A DNA stretch of 42,133 bases, from assembly GCA_031400145.1 (NCBI GenBank), contig JANNPM010000474.1, forward strand, positions 1 through 42,133, in the 5' to 3' direction. Numbering within the stretch: the first letter of the stretch is position 1; each line of letters opens with the position of its first letter. Below, one piece after another: positions 10,028 to 18,726 of this stretch. The notes beneath the pieces were generated by a model. The model did not search any database, was not told the DNA's origin, and saw only the letters and a list, made by a program, of their open reading frames with translations. A program made the translations under genes and the position numbers. The DNA is from Chryseolinea sp. GTDB taxonomy: Bacteria; Bacteroidota; Bacteroidia; Cytophagales; Cyclobacteriaceae.

Positions 10028-10035
10028 TATCTTTG
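10028..10035 (+). promoter_or_regulatory. Bacteroidota -7 box (TATCTTTG), probable tRNA-Asp promoter
   Basis: TATCTTTGCA about 170 nt upstream of the tRNA. Confidence 0.45.
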
Positions 10036-10205
10036 CACTCCTTGATAGCGGCGTTGGCGTTTATCTGGGAGATTTGATTAGATGTTTCCTTGCGACATTT
10101 TACGCGGTTAGGATGTCCCGATTTTACTCGATGAGATCCGAGGCTCTAATCCTAAGTTGTTGTAAGGCATTGGCTTTAAGAATTTTGTATTAAAATAAGA
10201 GTATT

Positions 10206-10279
10206 GGTCCGGTAGTTCAGCTGGTTAGAATGCCTGCCTGTCACGCAGGAGGTCGCGGGTTCGAGTCCCGTCCGGACCG
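10206..10279 (+). tRNA. tRNA-Asp (GTC)
   Basis: Acceptor stem GGTCCGG/CCGGACC, D arm TAGTTCAGCTGGTTAGAA, anticodon arm CCTGC-CTGTCAC-GCAGG, T loop GGTTCGAGTCC; CCA is not encoded. Confidence 0.97.
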
Positions 10280-10293
10280 CGTAGTGATTCTTT

Positions 10294-10333
10294 AGTCCAT
10301 TGATAGTCAAAACTTTCAGTGGATTTTTATTTT
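10294..10333 (+). terminator. Probable intrinsic terminator after tRNA-Asp
   Basis: AGTCCATTGATAGT-CAAA-ACTTTCAGTGGATT imperfect hairpin followed by a T-rich tract. Confidence 0.6.
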
Positions 10334-10345
10334 CAGGGGGACGGG

Positions 10346-10519
10346 CTAGGGGGCTTCTATCACCACGTCCATTCCGATTTGATTACGGAAATTAAAACAA
10401 TCTGCTAGCGTTTTTTCAGGATTATAAATTTGGATGGAAACGTTATCAATGAGATGTTTCTCAATTCCTTCCTGGAATGCTTTTCCGGTAAATCTATGAA
10501 TAGCTAGTGGTGGATAGTC
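10346..10519 (-). pseudogene. Fragment of a type IV toxin-antitoxin AbiEi-family antitoxin
   Basis: DYPPLAIHRFTGKAFQEGIEKHLIDNVSIQIYNPEKTLADCFNFRNQIGMDVVIEA resembles the AbiEi C-terminal signature; both N-terminus and C-terminus are missing. Confidence 0.75.
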
Positions 10520-10635
10520 GAGTAAGCTGATCACTGCCTGGTTCCTGATCTGCAAGTCACTGTAACGTTCTTTTCTTTCCAATAATAGTTCAAGTTCTGC
10601 AGTAGTAAACAGGTCTTGTACTTGCAGATCCCGGG
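10520..10635 (-). pseudogene. Fragment of a Bacteroidota tyrosine recombinase/integrase-like gene
   Basis: RDLQVQDLFTTAELELLLERKERYSDLQIRNQAVISLL resembles the segment just before the catalytic box I of XerC/D-like recombinases; same frame as the AbiEi fragment; in-frame TGA upstream at 10667-10669. Confidence 0.55.
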
Positions 10636-10685
10636 CCGTGAATTCTTCAATGTCGTCTTCATGCTTTCACAAGGTCCTGACAACC

Positions 10686-11009
10686 TTACTTGCAAAGAAT
10701 CAGTCCTGTGCTAAGGATCGGTGTGATGTTCACCTTCGTATCTGGATCTGCCGGGTCGTCTAACCGGATGTCCTCGATATTACTCCAATCATGATCGCTC
10801 ATTATTGTTTCATCTTTCGCGGTGTCATTGACGGCATATACCTTGCCTTGCGCTTCGAAGACCACGTACGTTCCGTCAATGCATTTTACGGTGCCTTCGT
10901 CGACGCTTACCGGCCAGTCTTTGCCATAGTCTTCTTTGGATATTTTTTTACTTTTTACATTACCACAGCCGCAGAGTATAATGGCAACAACGACAATTAA
11001 GTACTTCAT
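10686..11009 (-). CDS. DUF2511 (YebY-like) lipoprotein
   Basis: Start at ATG 11009 gives lipobox LCGC; motifs YGKDWPVSVDEGTVKC, VYAVN and terminal GLILC. Confidence 0.75.
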   Translation of the reverse strand: MKYLIVVVAIILCGCGNVKSKKISKEDYGKDWPVSVDEGTVKCIDGTYVVFEAQGKVYAVNDTAKDETIMSDHDWSNIEDIRLDDPADPDTKVNITPILSTGLILCK

Positions 11010-11468
11010 GTATATTTGGAGGTTGAGTAAGAATGAAAATTCGGTAACTAAGTTAAACAAATTTTCCTGTGACTGCAACGCTTGATTTGAATAGCGCTAC
11101 TGGCGCAAACTGGATATAAACTATTTGTAAGCAATGCCACCAAGTCTGACACCGCGTCCATAACCCGAAATTCGCTTTTTGATTATTTTCATTTGGGTCT
11201 CATTGTTTCGGACGTATGCAATTTAAGTATTTCGACTTAACCAAAGCGGGATGAGCAACATGCAGGCCTGGGGAGTGAAGTTGCATCGGGAGTCCCCAAG
11301 TGTGCCTTCACCCCGATAACCTTTTCACCTTTTCATTTATGAAGCCGGCTCGATGTGCGTAAGGCACAAGTATCCCGAAAAACTATGTGGAAGTGAGAAC
11401 GAACTTCCTATGGGCACCGTACATTAGTATTCTAGAATAAAGCATACAGGACAATTAATGCGGTATTT

Positions 11469-12242
11469 ATGCAAGGATTTTTGATCGATATGGACGGCGT
11501 CATCTACGGTGGAGATACGCTGATCCCCGGAGCCGACATTTTTGTTAACCGGCTGGTGAAAGAGGATATCCCATTTACATTTATGACCAACAACAGTCAG
11601 CGGAGTCCTACCGAGGTCATCCGGAAAGTGAAGAAGCTTGGTATTAACATTGAGGAGAAACATGTTTTTACCAGCGCGATGGCGACGGGAAAGTTTATTG
11701 CGGGACAGATGCCAAGGGGATCCGGATTTGTATTAGGCGAGGGGGGACTACTGACAAGCCTTCATGAGAACGGATTAACACTGGTCGACACAGAGCCGGA
11801 ATTTGTTGTGTTGGGCGAGGGCCGTAACTTCACGCTGGAAATGGTGCAGCGGGCCGTCGACATGATTCTCGCGGGGGCAAAGTTCATCACGACCAATCGT
11901 GACCCATCTCCTAAGATGAAGGGTTGGAATAATTTGGGCATTGCTGCCACTACCGCTATGATCGAGGAGGCGACCGGTACGAAAGCTTTTGTCGTCGGAA
12001 AGCCGGGCCCGGTGATGATGCGGTCGGCGAGAAAATTTATCGGATTGGAGACTGCCGACACCATTGTTATTGGAGACACGATGGAAACGGATATTCTTGG
12101 CGGAGTTCAAATGGGCTATAAGACCATCATGGTGCTTTCTGGCATATCGCAGCGCGACGACCTGAAGCGGTATGCGTATAAGCCGGACTTAATTGTTAAT
12201 AGCATTTTGGATATAGAGCTTCCTGTAAAGTGGAGCGATTGA
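11469..12242 (+). CDS. nagD: HAD-IIA family hydrolase (NagD-like)
   Basis: DMDGVIY, TNNS, GKP and IGDTMETDILGG motifs. Confidence 0.92.
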   Translation: MQGFLIDMDGVIYGGDTLIPGADIFVNRLVKEDIPFTFMTNNSQRSPTEVIRKVKKLGINIEEKHVFTSAMATGKFIAGQMPRGSGFVLGEGGLLTSLHENGLTLVDTEPEFVVLGEGRNFTLEMVQRAVDMILAGAKFITTNRDPSPKMKGWNNLGIAATTAMIEEATGTKAFVVGKPGPVMMRSARKFIGLETADTIVIGDTMETDILGGVQMGYKTIMVLSGISQRDDLKRYAYKPDLIVNSILDIELPVKWSD

Positions 12243-12306
12243 ATGGTTCGCTACTCGGCTATAGTTGCTGGAGGACGCACATTAGCAGCAATGACGCCGC
12301 GCAAAG

Positions 12307-12560
12307 TCACAACGGATTTCGCTCATTAAATGACTTTGCAAACATCAGCATTACCGTGACATCGCCTTTATTTTTATGGAGCTTGTATTCCTGAAGCAAT
12401 TCAGGGTCCTCGGCAAGCAGCTGCTCAAGTGATTTGATTTTTATGGGCTTGATAACGCCTGTTTTTAAATCCAGCCCTATCAGATCGAGATCGTTTGCAG
12501 CTGCCGCATGCCCAAAAGCGCCCCCGCTTCCATGGCCGACGGAGCAATTTTCATAATTTT
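12307..12560 (-). pseudogene. C-terminal remnant of an unknown protein
   Basis: LDLKTGVIKPIKIKSLEQLLAEDPELLQEYK...FNERNPL* looks like a genuine protein C-terminus, but the upstream part of the 204 aa ORF is not protein-like and overlaps the opposite-strand ORF at 12734. Confidence 0.45.
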
Positions 12561-12733
12561 TTAGCCCTATGGAGCTCGTCATACTTACTGCAAGCATCAG
12601 CACTTCTGCGCAAGTTGTGGAAGGCGTCTCTCGCAGGGTCGCCCAGGAGCCTATGGCATCTAATTTGGTGCATCGGGGGAAGCGGCCAAGATCATTGTCA
12701 ATGAAATGATTAGATTCAAAAAACCTTTTCCAT

Positions 12734-12949
12734 ATGTTCGAACCAATTACATCTGAAATAACTTTAAGCACTGGACTTGTGCTTAAGGAAATCGCCACCG
12801 GCCAGTTGTTTGAAGTCGGCGTGAGAGCTAACGACGGAACGGATACCTGGCAGCTCATTGAAATCACTGACCCTGGTCTTAGCAGGATCGAATTGATGGC
12901 AGACAGGCAGATGATCGCCATGAAATACCTCGCAGAAGTTGAAGGATAA
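12734..12949 (+). CDS. Hypothetical protein (71 aa)
   Basis: ATG start after an AT-rich leader; beta-strand-like globular composition. Confidence 0.5.
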   Translation: MFEPITSEITLSTGLVLKEIATGQLFEVGVRANDGTDTWQLIEITDPGLSRIELMADRQMIAMKYLAEVEG

Positions 12950-13162
12950 CGCTGCCCAATTATAGTTAACTATAAGGTGAATTTCACCACTTGTTCTAGC
13001 ACGCTCCGGCACCTATACTCCTGCGTGGAAGTTATTTCTTGATGCCGCGTAAAATTTAACAGTCGCATCAAACGTTTGCGTTGCAATCCTTATCGCTTAG
13101 TGCGCTTATGCCATCAGTTTTCGTCTCTAATTAATACCGGTTACATCTCCTGATTTCGTTTG

Positions 13163-13188
13163 TGTAACAATTTTAAACGCATCTCGAC
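13163..13188 (+). promoter_or_regulatory. Possible ECF-sigma promoter (TGTAAC-N16-CGAC)
   Basis: Matches the general ECF AAC...CGNC layout about 60 nt upstream of ATG 13246. Confidence 0.3.
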
Positions 13189-13245
13189 TGTACAGAGTGA
13201 GTTCTACGTTAATTTTGTGTTATCGAATTACCCTAAGTGTTTAAT

Positions 13246-13677
13246 ATGTCTTTTAAAGCATTGTCGATTTTCGTGCTGCTATCAGCAGTTACGTCAGTTT
13301 ATGCGCAGAATGAAAAGTGGCCAAACCAGATGGTGCTATTCGATCCTTTATTCTGGAAGGACGAACTCAAGTTGGATGCTGCTCAATGCCAGGAAATAAG
13401 GCGCATTAACAGCCAGTATTACGAAAAGCTTTCTGCTGTAGCGCTGGACTCAAACCCTCGCAATGTAAAGGCGAAGGCGGAGATGTCGCTTCGGGAACGT
13501 AGCGAAGAAATTTGGGAGACGTTTCATCCAAAGCAACGCAAGCGCTGGAAGAAGATCTGGGACAATGAGTTTCAGTACACGTCGAAAGTCCATGCCTCGG
13601 ACTCAGACTCCTACCGATTAAGTGGAGAGCTGCCTGTTCCCAACGTCTATTCTTCTTCTAGTAATTCGAGCAGGTAA
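13246..13677 (+). CDS. Secreted helical hypothetical protein (Spy/LTXXQ-like pattern)
   Basis: Signal peptide ending VYA-Q; ELKLDAAQ and FHPKQRKRW resemble LTXXQ-type repeats. Confidence 0.65.
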   Translation: MSFKALSIFVLLSAVTSVYAQNEKWPNQMVLFDPLFWKDELKLDAAQCQEIRRINSQYYEKLSAVALDSNPRNVKAKAEMSLRERSEEIWETFHPKQRKRWKKIWDNEFQYTSKVHASDSDSYRLSGELPVPNVYSSSSNSSR

Positions 13678-14198
13678 CCAAGAACTTCGGGAACACTTGC
13701 GCTCGAGGAACTGTGGGTGTCCACTTTAAGAACAATTCCATTTACACCTGACGAATTGATTGCTTGAGCCATGCCTTCTGCGGTGTCGACCTGAAGAAGT
13801 ACTGGAATCTTTTTGTCCCCGCCTATTTCTTTGGCAATGATCCATGACGGCAGTATTGCTACGTCTGGCATGCTTTCTCCGGGCTTCAAGTTAAGAATAT
13901 AAGGAACTGGGAAGCGCGCAAGCAGCGCTACTTCACGGATACCCATTTCCAGATAGTCAGGCTTATAGTCTTCAAGAATAGCCTCCAATACACTGCTGTC
14001 ATTAAGCCCATAAATCTCGGCAACGAAAAGCGGCCCGTTAACCCATCCCCTGATTTCCTGAAATCGCGATGGCGCTACATAATCTGCATGACCCGAGATA
14101 ACCTGAAATCCAATCATATCAACCCCCATTCCTGCACAATACCGCACATCACCAAGATTTGCCAGGGTTCCAACCTTTACGAACGCTTTTAATGGCAT
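13647..14198 (-). CDS. TrpF-like (phosphoribosylanthranilate isomerase fold) protein, divergent paralogue
   Basis: VKVGTLANLGDVRYCAGMGVDMIGF N-terminus; lacks the KICG cysteine and LAGGL motif of true TrpF. Confidence 0.75.
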   Translation of the reverse strand: MPLKAFVKVGTLANLGDVRYCAGMGVDMIGFQVISGHADYVAPSRFQEIRGWVNGPLFVAEIYGLNDSSVLEAILEDYKPDYLEMGIREVALLARFPVPYILNLKPGESMPDVAILPSWIIAKEIGGDKKIPVLLQVDTAEGMAQAINSSGVNGIVLKVDTHSSSSASVPEVLGYLLELLEEE

Positions 14199-14279
14199 AG
14201 CTTTACTCCGAAAGAAGAAATAACTTTGTGCGATTTACGTTCAAAATTGTGGAGTGCATAGGGGATAACGAATTAATCT

Positions 14280-14978
14280 GTGAATCGATTGTTTAGATAT
14301 GGCTTGTTAATCACTCCGCTGCTGGTCGTTTCCTGCGATTCTTCCGTCGAGCCCGAGGTCCCCGAGACAGCAAACGACTATCTTCCGCTCCGCAAGGGAG
14401 CGTTTCACGTCTACGATGTCACACAAGTGAAGTATGAGCTAGGCATTCCCGAGACGTTGACCTTCGAGTTAAAGACGCTGGTGGTAGATTCATTTGTTGA
14501 CAATACTGGCATCTATAATTATGTTGTTCATCGTAGCACGCGGAATGACAGCCAATCTTCTTGGATATATATGGACACCTGGTCGGCCTATACAAAAGAA
14601 CTTGAAGCCGTGACCCAGGAAGAAAATGTAGCTTTCCTGAAATTTAAGCTGCCCGCCTCCGATGGCATGGCGTGGGATGGTAACGCTTATAATGATATCG
14701 GTGAAGATATTTATAGCCTCGAACAGCCCGGCGCCGTCAAAACGTTTGGAGGAACGTCATATGAAGGATGCTTCACTGTCAATCAGAATAACAATGAGGA
14801 CTTTATCGTTTTTCTCGATCAACGGCAGGAAGTTTATGCGAAGCATGTAGGCATGATCCATAGAGAGATCACCCAATTGCATTATTGCACCCAAGAAGAA
14901 TCAGGTTGTCTCGGGCAGGAAGTCGTGGAAGAAGGCCTGATATATTATCAAACTATTAAGACTCATGGCTTGGAATAA
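14280..14978 (+). CDS. Hypothetical lipoprotein
   Basis: Lipobox VVSC; DYLPLRKG and EVYAKHVGMI motifs; TAACTTTG -7 box at 14221-14228; overlaps the start of the S8 gene. Confidence 0.85.
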   Translation: MNRLFRYGLLITPLLVVSCDSSVEPEVPETANDYLPLRKGAFHVYDVTQVKYELGIPETLTFELKTLVVDSFVDNTGIYNYVVHRSTRNDSQSSWIYMDTWSAYTKELEAVTQEENVAFLKFKLPASDGMAWDGNAYNDIGEDIYSLEQPGAVKTFGGTSYEGCFTVNQNNNEDFIVFLDQRQEVYAKHVGMIHREITQLHYCTQEESGCLGQEVVEEGLIYYQTIKTHGLE

Positions 14979-16596
14979 ATCCTTGTCGCTGCTTTTATCC
15001 TTACTATTGATGAGTACCACCTCGTGGTGTCAGGTGAATCGCTACATGGTGTTTTTTAAAGATAAGGCGGGATCCCCCTTCGACATTTCCAGGCCGGAAG
15101 AATTTCTCTCGCAACGGGCTATCAACCGACGCTTATCGCAGGGTATTTCAATAACTGCAGACGACCTCCCGGTGAATGCTACCTATATGAAAAGCGTGTC
15201 TGACGCCGGAGTTACGACATTTTTTACCACCAAATGGATGAATGGCTTGCTGGTGCAATGTGATCAGGCCCTACTGTCGGCGATGTTGTCCTTCGATTTT
15301 GTAGAACGGGCAGAATTGGTGGCACCCAATGCCCGCCTTTCAAGGGGCGGCAGAATCAAAGCAAACGAAGGGGTGAAAGCCGGCATGGCCGACGGAAAGA
15401 CACAGGCGCAGCTGCAGCTTATCGGCCTGGATGAAATGCAGGCGGCGGGCTACAGGGGTCAGGGCATTCACATCGGAATTTTTGACAGTGGTTTCCAGGG
15501 GGTGAACAGCAGTGTACCCTTCCGGCACATCTTTAATGACGGTCGGATAGACCAGGCGTTGTCCAAGGACTTTGTTTTCAATTCAGGCGACGTATTTCAG
15601 CACGATGAACATGGAACGGAAGTCTTTTCTGTGATAGCCGCCTACGAAGAAGGGAACTTTACCGGTGGTTCTTACGCGGCGGAATATCAGCTTTACGTTA
15701 CTGAAGATGTGGCGTCGGAGTATCGGGTGGAAGAATATAACTGGCTCTTTGCAGCGGAACGGGCGGATAGTGCGGGCGTTGATGTAGTAAATTCGTCGCT
15801 CGGATATTATGATTTTGATGACGCCAGTATGAATTATCCACAGTCGTCAATGGATGGGAACACAACAGTAGTCTCAAAGGCCGCACAATGGTTATCAGAC
15901 AGGGGGGTTGTTGTGGTCTGTAGCGCGGGCAACGAGGGGGCTATTGCGTGGCAGATCATCACTGCGCCGGCGGATGCAAAAGATGTTTTGGCCATTGCCA
16001 GCGTAAATGCGGACGGGCAGCGTGCGGGAACGAGTTCGATCGGACCCTCAGCGGACGGACGGATCAAGCCAGACGTAGCTGCAATGGGTGTGAGCACCAG
16101 CGTCGTCAGGTCAGATGGCGCGACAGGGAACTCCAGCGGAACCAGCCTCGCCAGTCCATTGGTGACCAGCCTGGCAGCAGGCGTATGGCAGCGATATCCG
16201 CACCTTTCAAACAAGGAGGTTATGGATGTAATACGAAACTCCGCGTCCCAGGCAAGCTCGCCCGATAGCCTGATCGGATTTGGCATCCCGAATTTTAAGG
16301 CAGTAGTTAATTATCTGGAACGCCCACAGCAGGAAAACCCTTTTGAAGTTTATCCTAATCCCTTTAGTGCTGACACCATCTTAATCAGGCCATCGGATCC
16401 CGCGCAGATTACCGAATGCAAAATGGAGGTCGTGTCATCACAGGGTCAGGTACTATATGAAGCAGTGATAAACTTCTCATGGCTGCAGAGAACTTACACG
16501 GCTAACTTTTCAGGCATGGCTGAAGGATTTTACATCCTGCGCCTCTGGTGGGATGGCAAACCTTTTATTTTCAAATTGTTTAAAGCGAACGGATAA
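14965..16596 (+). CDS. S8 (subtilisin-family) serine peptidase with T9SS C-terminal sorting domain
   Basis: Catalytic motifs IFDSG, HGTEV and GTSLASP, oxyanion SAGNEG; C-terminal domain VYPNP...GFYILRL...FKLFK. Confidence 0.93.
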   Translation: MAWNKSLSLLLSLLLMSTTSWCQVNRYMVFFKDKAGSPFDISRPEEFLSQRAINRRLSQGISITADDLPVNATYMKSVSDAGVTTFFTTKWMNGLLVQCDQALLSAMLSFDFVERAELVAPNARLSRGGRIKANEGVKAGMADGKTQAQLQLIGLDEMQAAGYRGQGIHIGIFDSGFQGVNSSVPFRHIFNDGRIDQALSKDFVFNSGDVFQHDEHGTEVFSVIAAYEEGNFTGGSYAAEYQLYVTEDVASEYRVEEYNWLFAAERADSAGVDVVNSSLGYYDFDDASMNYPQSSMDGNTTVVSKAAQWLSDRGVVVVCSAGNEGAIAWQIITAPADAKDVLAIASVNADGQRAGTSSIGPSADGRIKPDVAAMGVSTSVVRSDGATGNSSGTSLASPLVTSLAAGVWQRYPHLSNKEVMDVIRNSASQASSPDSLIGFGIPNFKAVVNYLERPQQENPFEVYPNPFSADTILIRPSDPAQITECKMEVVSSQGQVLYEAVINFSWLQRTYTANFSGMAEGFYILRLWWDGKPFIFKLFKANG

Positions 16597-16616
16597 ATTC
16601 CACGCAATGTCGAACG

Positions 16617-16647
16617 TTTGACTCTTGATACATTAACGTTATTTTTG
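16617..16647 (+). promoter_or_regulatory. Bacteroidota sigma-A promoter of rpe
   Basis: TTTG (16617-16620), 19 nt spacer, TATTTTTG (16640-16647): full -33/-7 consensus. Confidence 0.7.
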
Positions 16648-16661
16648 GCGCAGACAATTTC

Positions 16662-17318
16662 ATGAACGTACCGATAATTGCACCTTCAATCCTGGCAGCA
16701 GATTTTGCCCATCTCGCGCGCGCGGTGGAAATGATTAATCAAAGCCAGGCTGGTTGGATACACATTGATATCATGGATGGTGTATTTGTTCCCAATTTTT
16801 CAATGGGAATACCTGTGGTTGAAGCCATCCAGCGTCATGCAAAAAAAGTGCTCGACGTGCATCTTATGGTAGTCAATCCGGAGCATCACGTTGAGGCTTT
16901 TCAGAAGGCCGGTGCACAAAATATCTCCGTGCACCTCGAAGTATGCCGGAATATGCACCGGAATATTCAGCAAATCAGATCGCTTGGCTGCACGGTTGGC
17001 ATTGCACTGAACCCCCATACGCCGGTAATGATGCTTGAAGATGTCATTCAGGATATCGACGTAGTGTGTGTAATGTCGGTAAACCCAGGCTTTGGAGCGC
17101 AGAAGTTTATACCGCATACCTTCACGAAAGTCCGGCAGTTGCGTGAAATGATCGTTAAATCGTCATCTAACGCGAAGATCGAAATTGACGGCGGCGTAAA
17201 TCTTTCCAACGCTCATCAATTACTGGAAGCCGGCGCTGACATCTTAGTCGCCGGAAACTTCATCTTTTCATCAGAAGACCCCGCTGCAGTCATCAGCAAG
17301 TTAATGAACATTGCTTGA
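16662..17318 (+). CDS. rpe: Ribulose-phosphate 3-epimerase
   Basis: IAPSILAADF, HIDIMDGVFVPN, DVHLMV, MSVNPGFGAQKFI and IEIDGG. Confidence 0.98.
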   Translation: MNVPIIAPSILAADFAHLARAVEMINQSQAGWIHIDIMDGVFVPNFSMGIPVVEAIQRHAKKVLDVHLMVVNPEHHVEAFQKAGAQNISVHLEVCRNMHRNIQQIRSLGCTVGIALNPHTPVMMLEDVIQDIDVVCVMSVNPGFGAQKFIPHTFTKVRQLREMIVKSSSNAKIEIDGGVNLSNAHQLLEAGADILVAGNFIFSSEDPAAVISKLMNIA

Positions 17319-17543
17319 CTCTTTAATTTTTCACTATTCACTTTCAACGATTCCACCGAGTGTTTCAACATCTCAGAGCCCGTTTATTTCGATAAAAGAT
17401 TTCTTCATTGGAATTCAGAAAATCTGTCGTAGTTCGGACCTCGTAGATAGGATGATTCAGGAATTTAAGTTAACTTTAAACCTCAACGGCCAGATTATGA
17501 GTGGCTTACATTTTTTATATCAGGCGTCTAAATACATTTTTTT

Positions 17544-18581
17544 CTGAAGCGTTTCGCTGTAATAATATACCTCGCCGTATCCGGTGTGCTGTTTCTCAGT
17601 CAAACGGCAATGGCACAGTACGAGACAGAGCAGGAGGCTGTTGTTCCACTTGAATATTTTTATATCAAGCGACAGGGAACTGGTTTCGTCCGTAAGGTCC
17701 TCAGCAAAGTTACCTTTGGTCTTAGTACGGGTTATGGAAACACCACTTTCAAGCACGAAATTGAGGGCTTTGGCATTATTCAAAATCCCAATGAATCACC
17801 AAGGCTGTTTCAACCGGCCGATGTTACAATAGGATATTCCAATTGGGTTAATGAATCAACACCGTCGGTAAATACCGTACAGTCGGGCACTTTCCTGGTC
17901 AACTCAGATACAACCTCGATTGGATTTCGAGGCAAGGCATTTAACATACCCGTTAAAGCCACGATTCACGTTGATTTCAGCAACATTCGCGTTGGCGGCG
18001 GCTTTTCAATTGAGCACGTAGATATGGGTTCCTACAAGCCCACGAACTATGTCGAAAGCATAAGAGATTTCTCCACAGGATTCTCAAGTTTTTTTCTAAA
18101 AAAATATTTCGGAATGATTGGAGGCACTGTTTACCGGTACAAGCAGTACTTGCTTGTAGTGGATGCTAACATCGGGGGCTATAGCCTGGGAAAGAATTTC
18201 GAGAAGAGCCAGATTAAGAAAGGCATTTTTATAAACCTGGGTGTCGCAGTTGAACGTGAGATGTCGGAGTACTTCAGAATTTTCGTGCGGCCCGCATACG
18301 AGATAAAAAGTTATACGCTAAGCTTTCCTGAAACCACGCAGAGTATCAATCATAAGTTTAACGCATTTTATGCCAATGTAGGCGTTACTTATCGTATTCC
18401 GGAATTACGGAGATGTTTCCTGAAGTCATGTAAAGCGCAGATGAATCACGCCCACGGCAACAAAGAATACCGTAGCAGGGTACATCCTGTTTACAAAAAG
18501 CAGAATCCACACTACGGCGAGAACCACCCCAACCTGATCAAGTACAAAGGAAAAAACAAGCGGAAACTAAATCCTTATTAG
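17544..18581 (+). CDS. Hypothetical outer-membrane beta-barrel-like protein with Cys/His-containing basic tail
   Basis: Alternating beta-strand pattern ending NVGVTYRIP. Start moved to the in-frame CTG at 17544 to restore signal peptide MKRFAVIIYLAVSGVLFLSQTAMA-Q (track start 17586). Confidence 0.75.
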   Translation: MKRFAVIIYLAVSGVLFLSQTAMAQYETEQEAVVPLEYFYIKRQGTGFVRKVLSKVTFGLSTGYGNTTFKHEIEGFGIIQNPNESPRLFQPADVTIGYSNWVNESTPSVNTVQSGTFLVNSDTTSIGFRGKAFNIPVKATIHVDFSNIRVGGGFSIEHVDMGSYKPTNYVESIRDFSTGFSSFFLKKYFGMIGGTVYRYKQYLLVVDANIGGYSLGKNFEKSQIKKGIFINLGVAVEREMSEYFRIFVRPAYEIKSYTLSFPETTQSINHKFNAFYANVGVTYRIPELRRCFLKSCKAQMNHAHGNKEYRSRVHPVYKKQNPHYGENHPNLIKYKGKNKRKLNPY

Positions 18582-18726
18582 CGCGCATTTGTCAGGCCGT
18601 TTCTATCATCACCAAAGCGAAAAAACGCAGAAACTAATTGTTGTCCTGCCACTTAAGAGCAGTGAATTTTATTATCTTGCAAAGCTCGAAAAAGAGCCTT
18701 GATAAGCTGAAAACAAAGATTTTTAC

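Noticed and set aside
12307-12921. 204 aa ORF as an intact gene
   Set aside because: Only the last 60-80 aa look protein-like; the N-terminal part is antisense to the 12734 ORF.
10280-13230. Intact prophage or integrative element with att repeats at tRNA-Asp
   Set aside because: No full integrase and no convincing duplicate of the tRNA 3' end; only 7 bp matches were seen.
17311-17547. 78 aa ORF between rpe and the barrel gene
   Set aside because: Non-protein-like composition; overlaps low-complexity TTCAC repeats and the probable promoter region.
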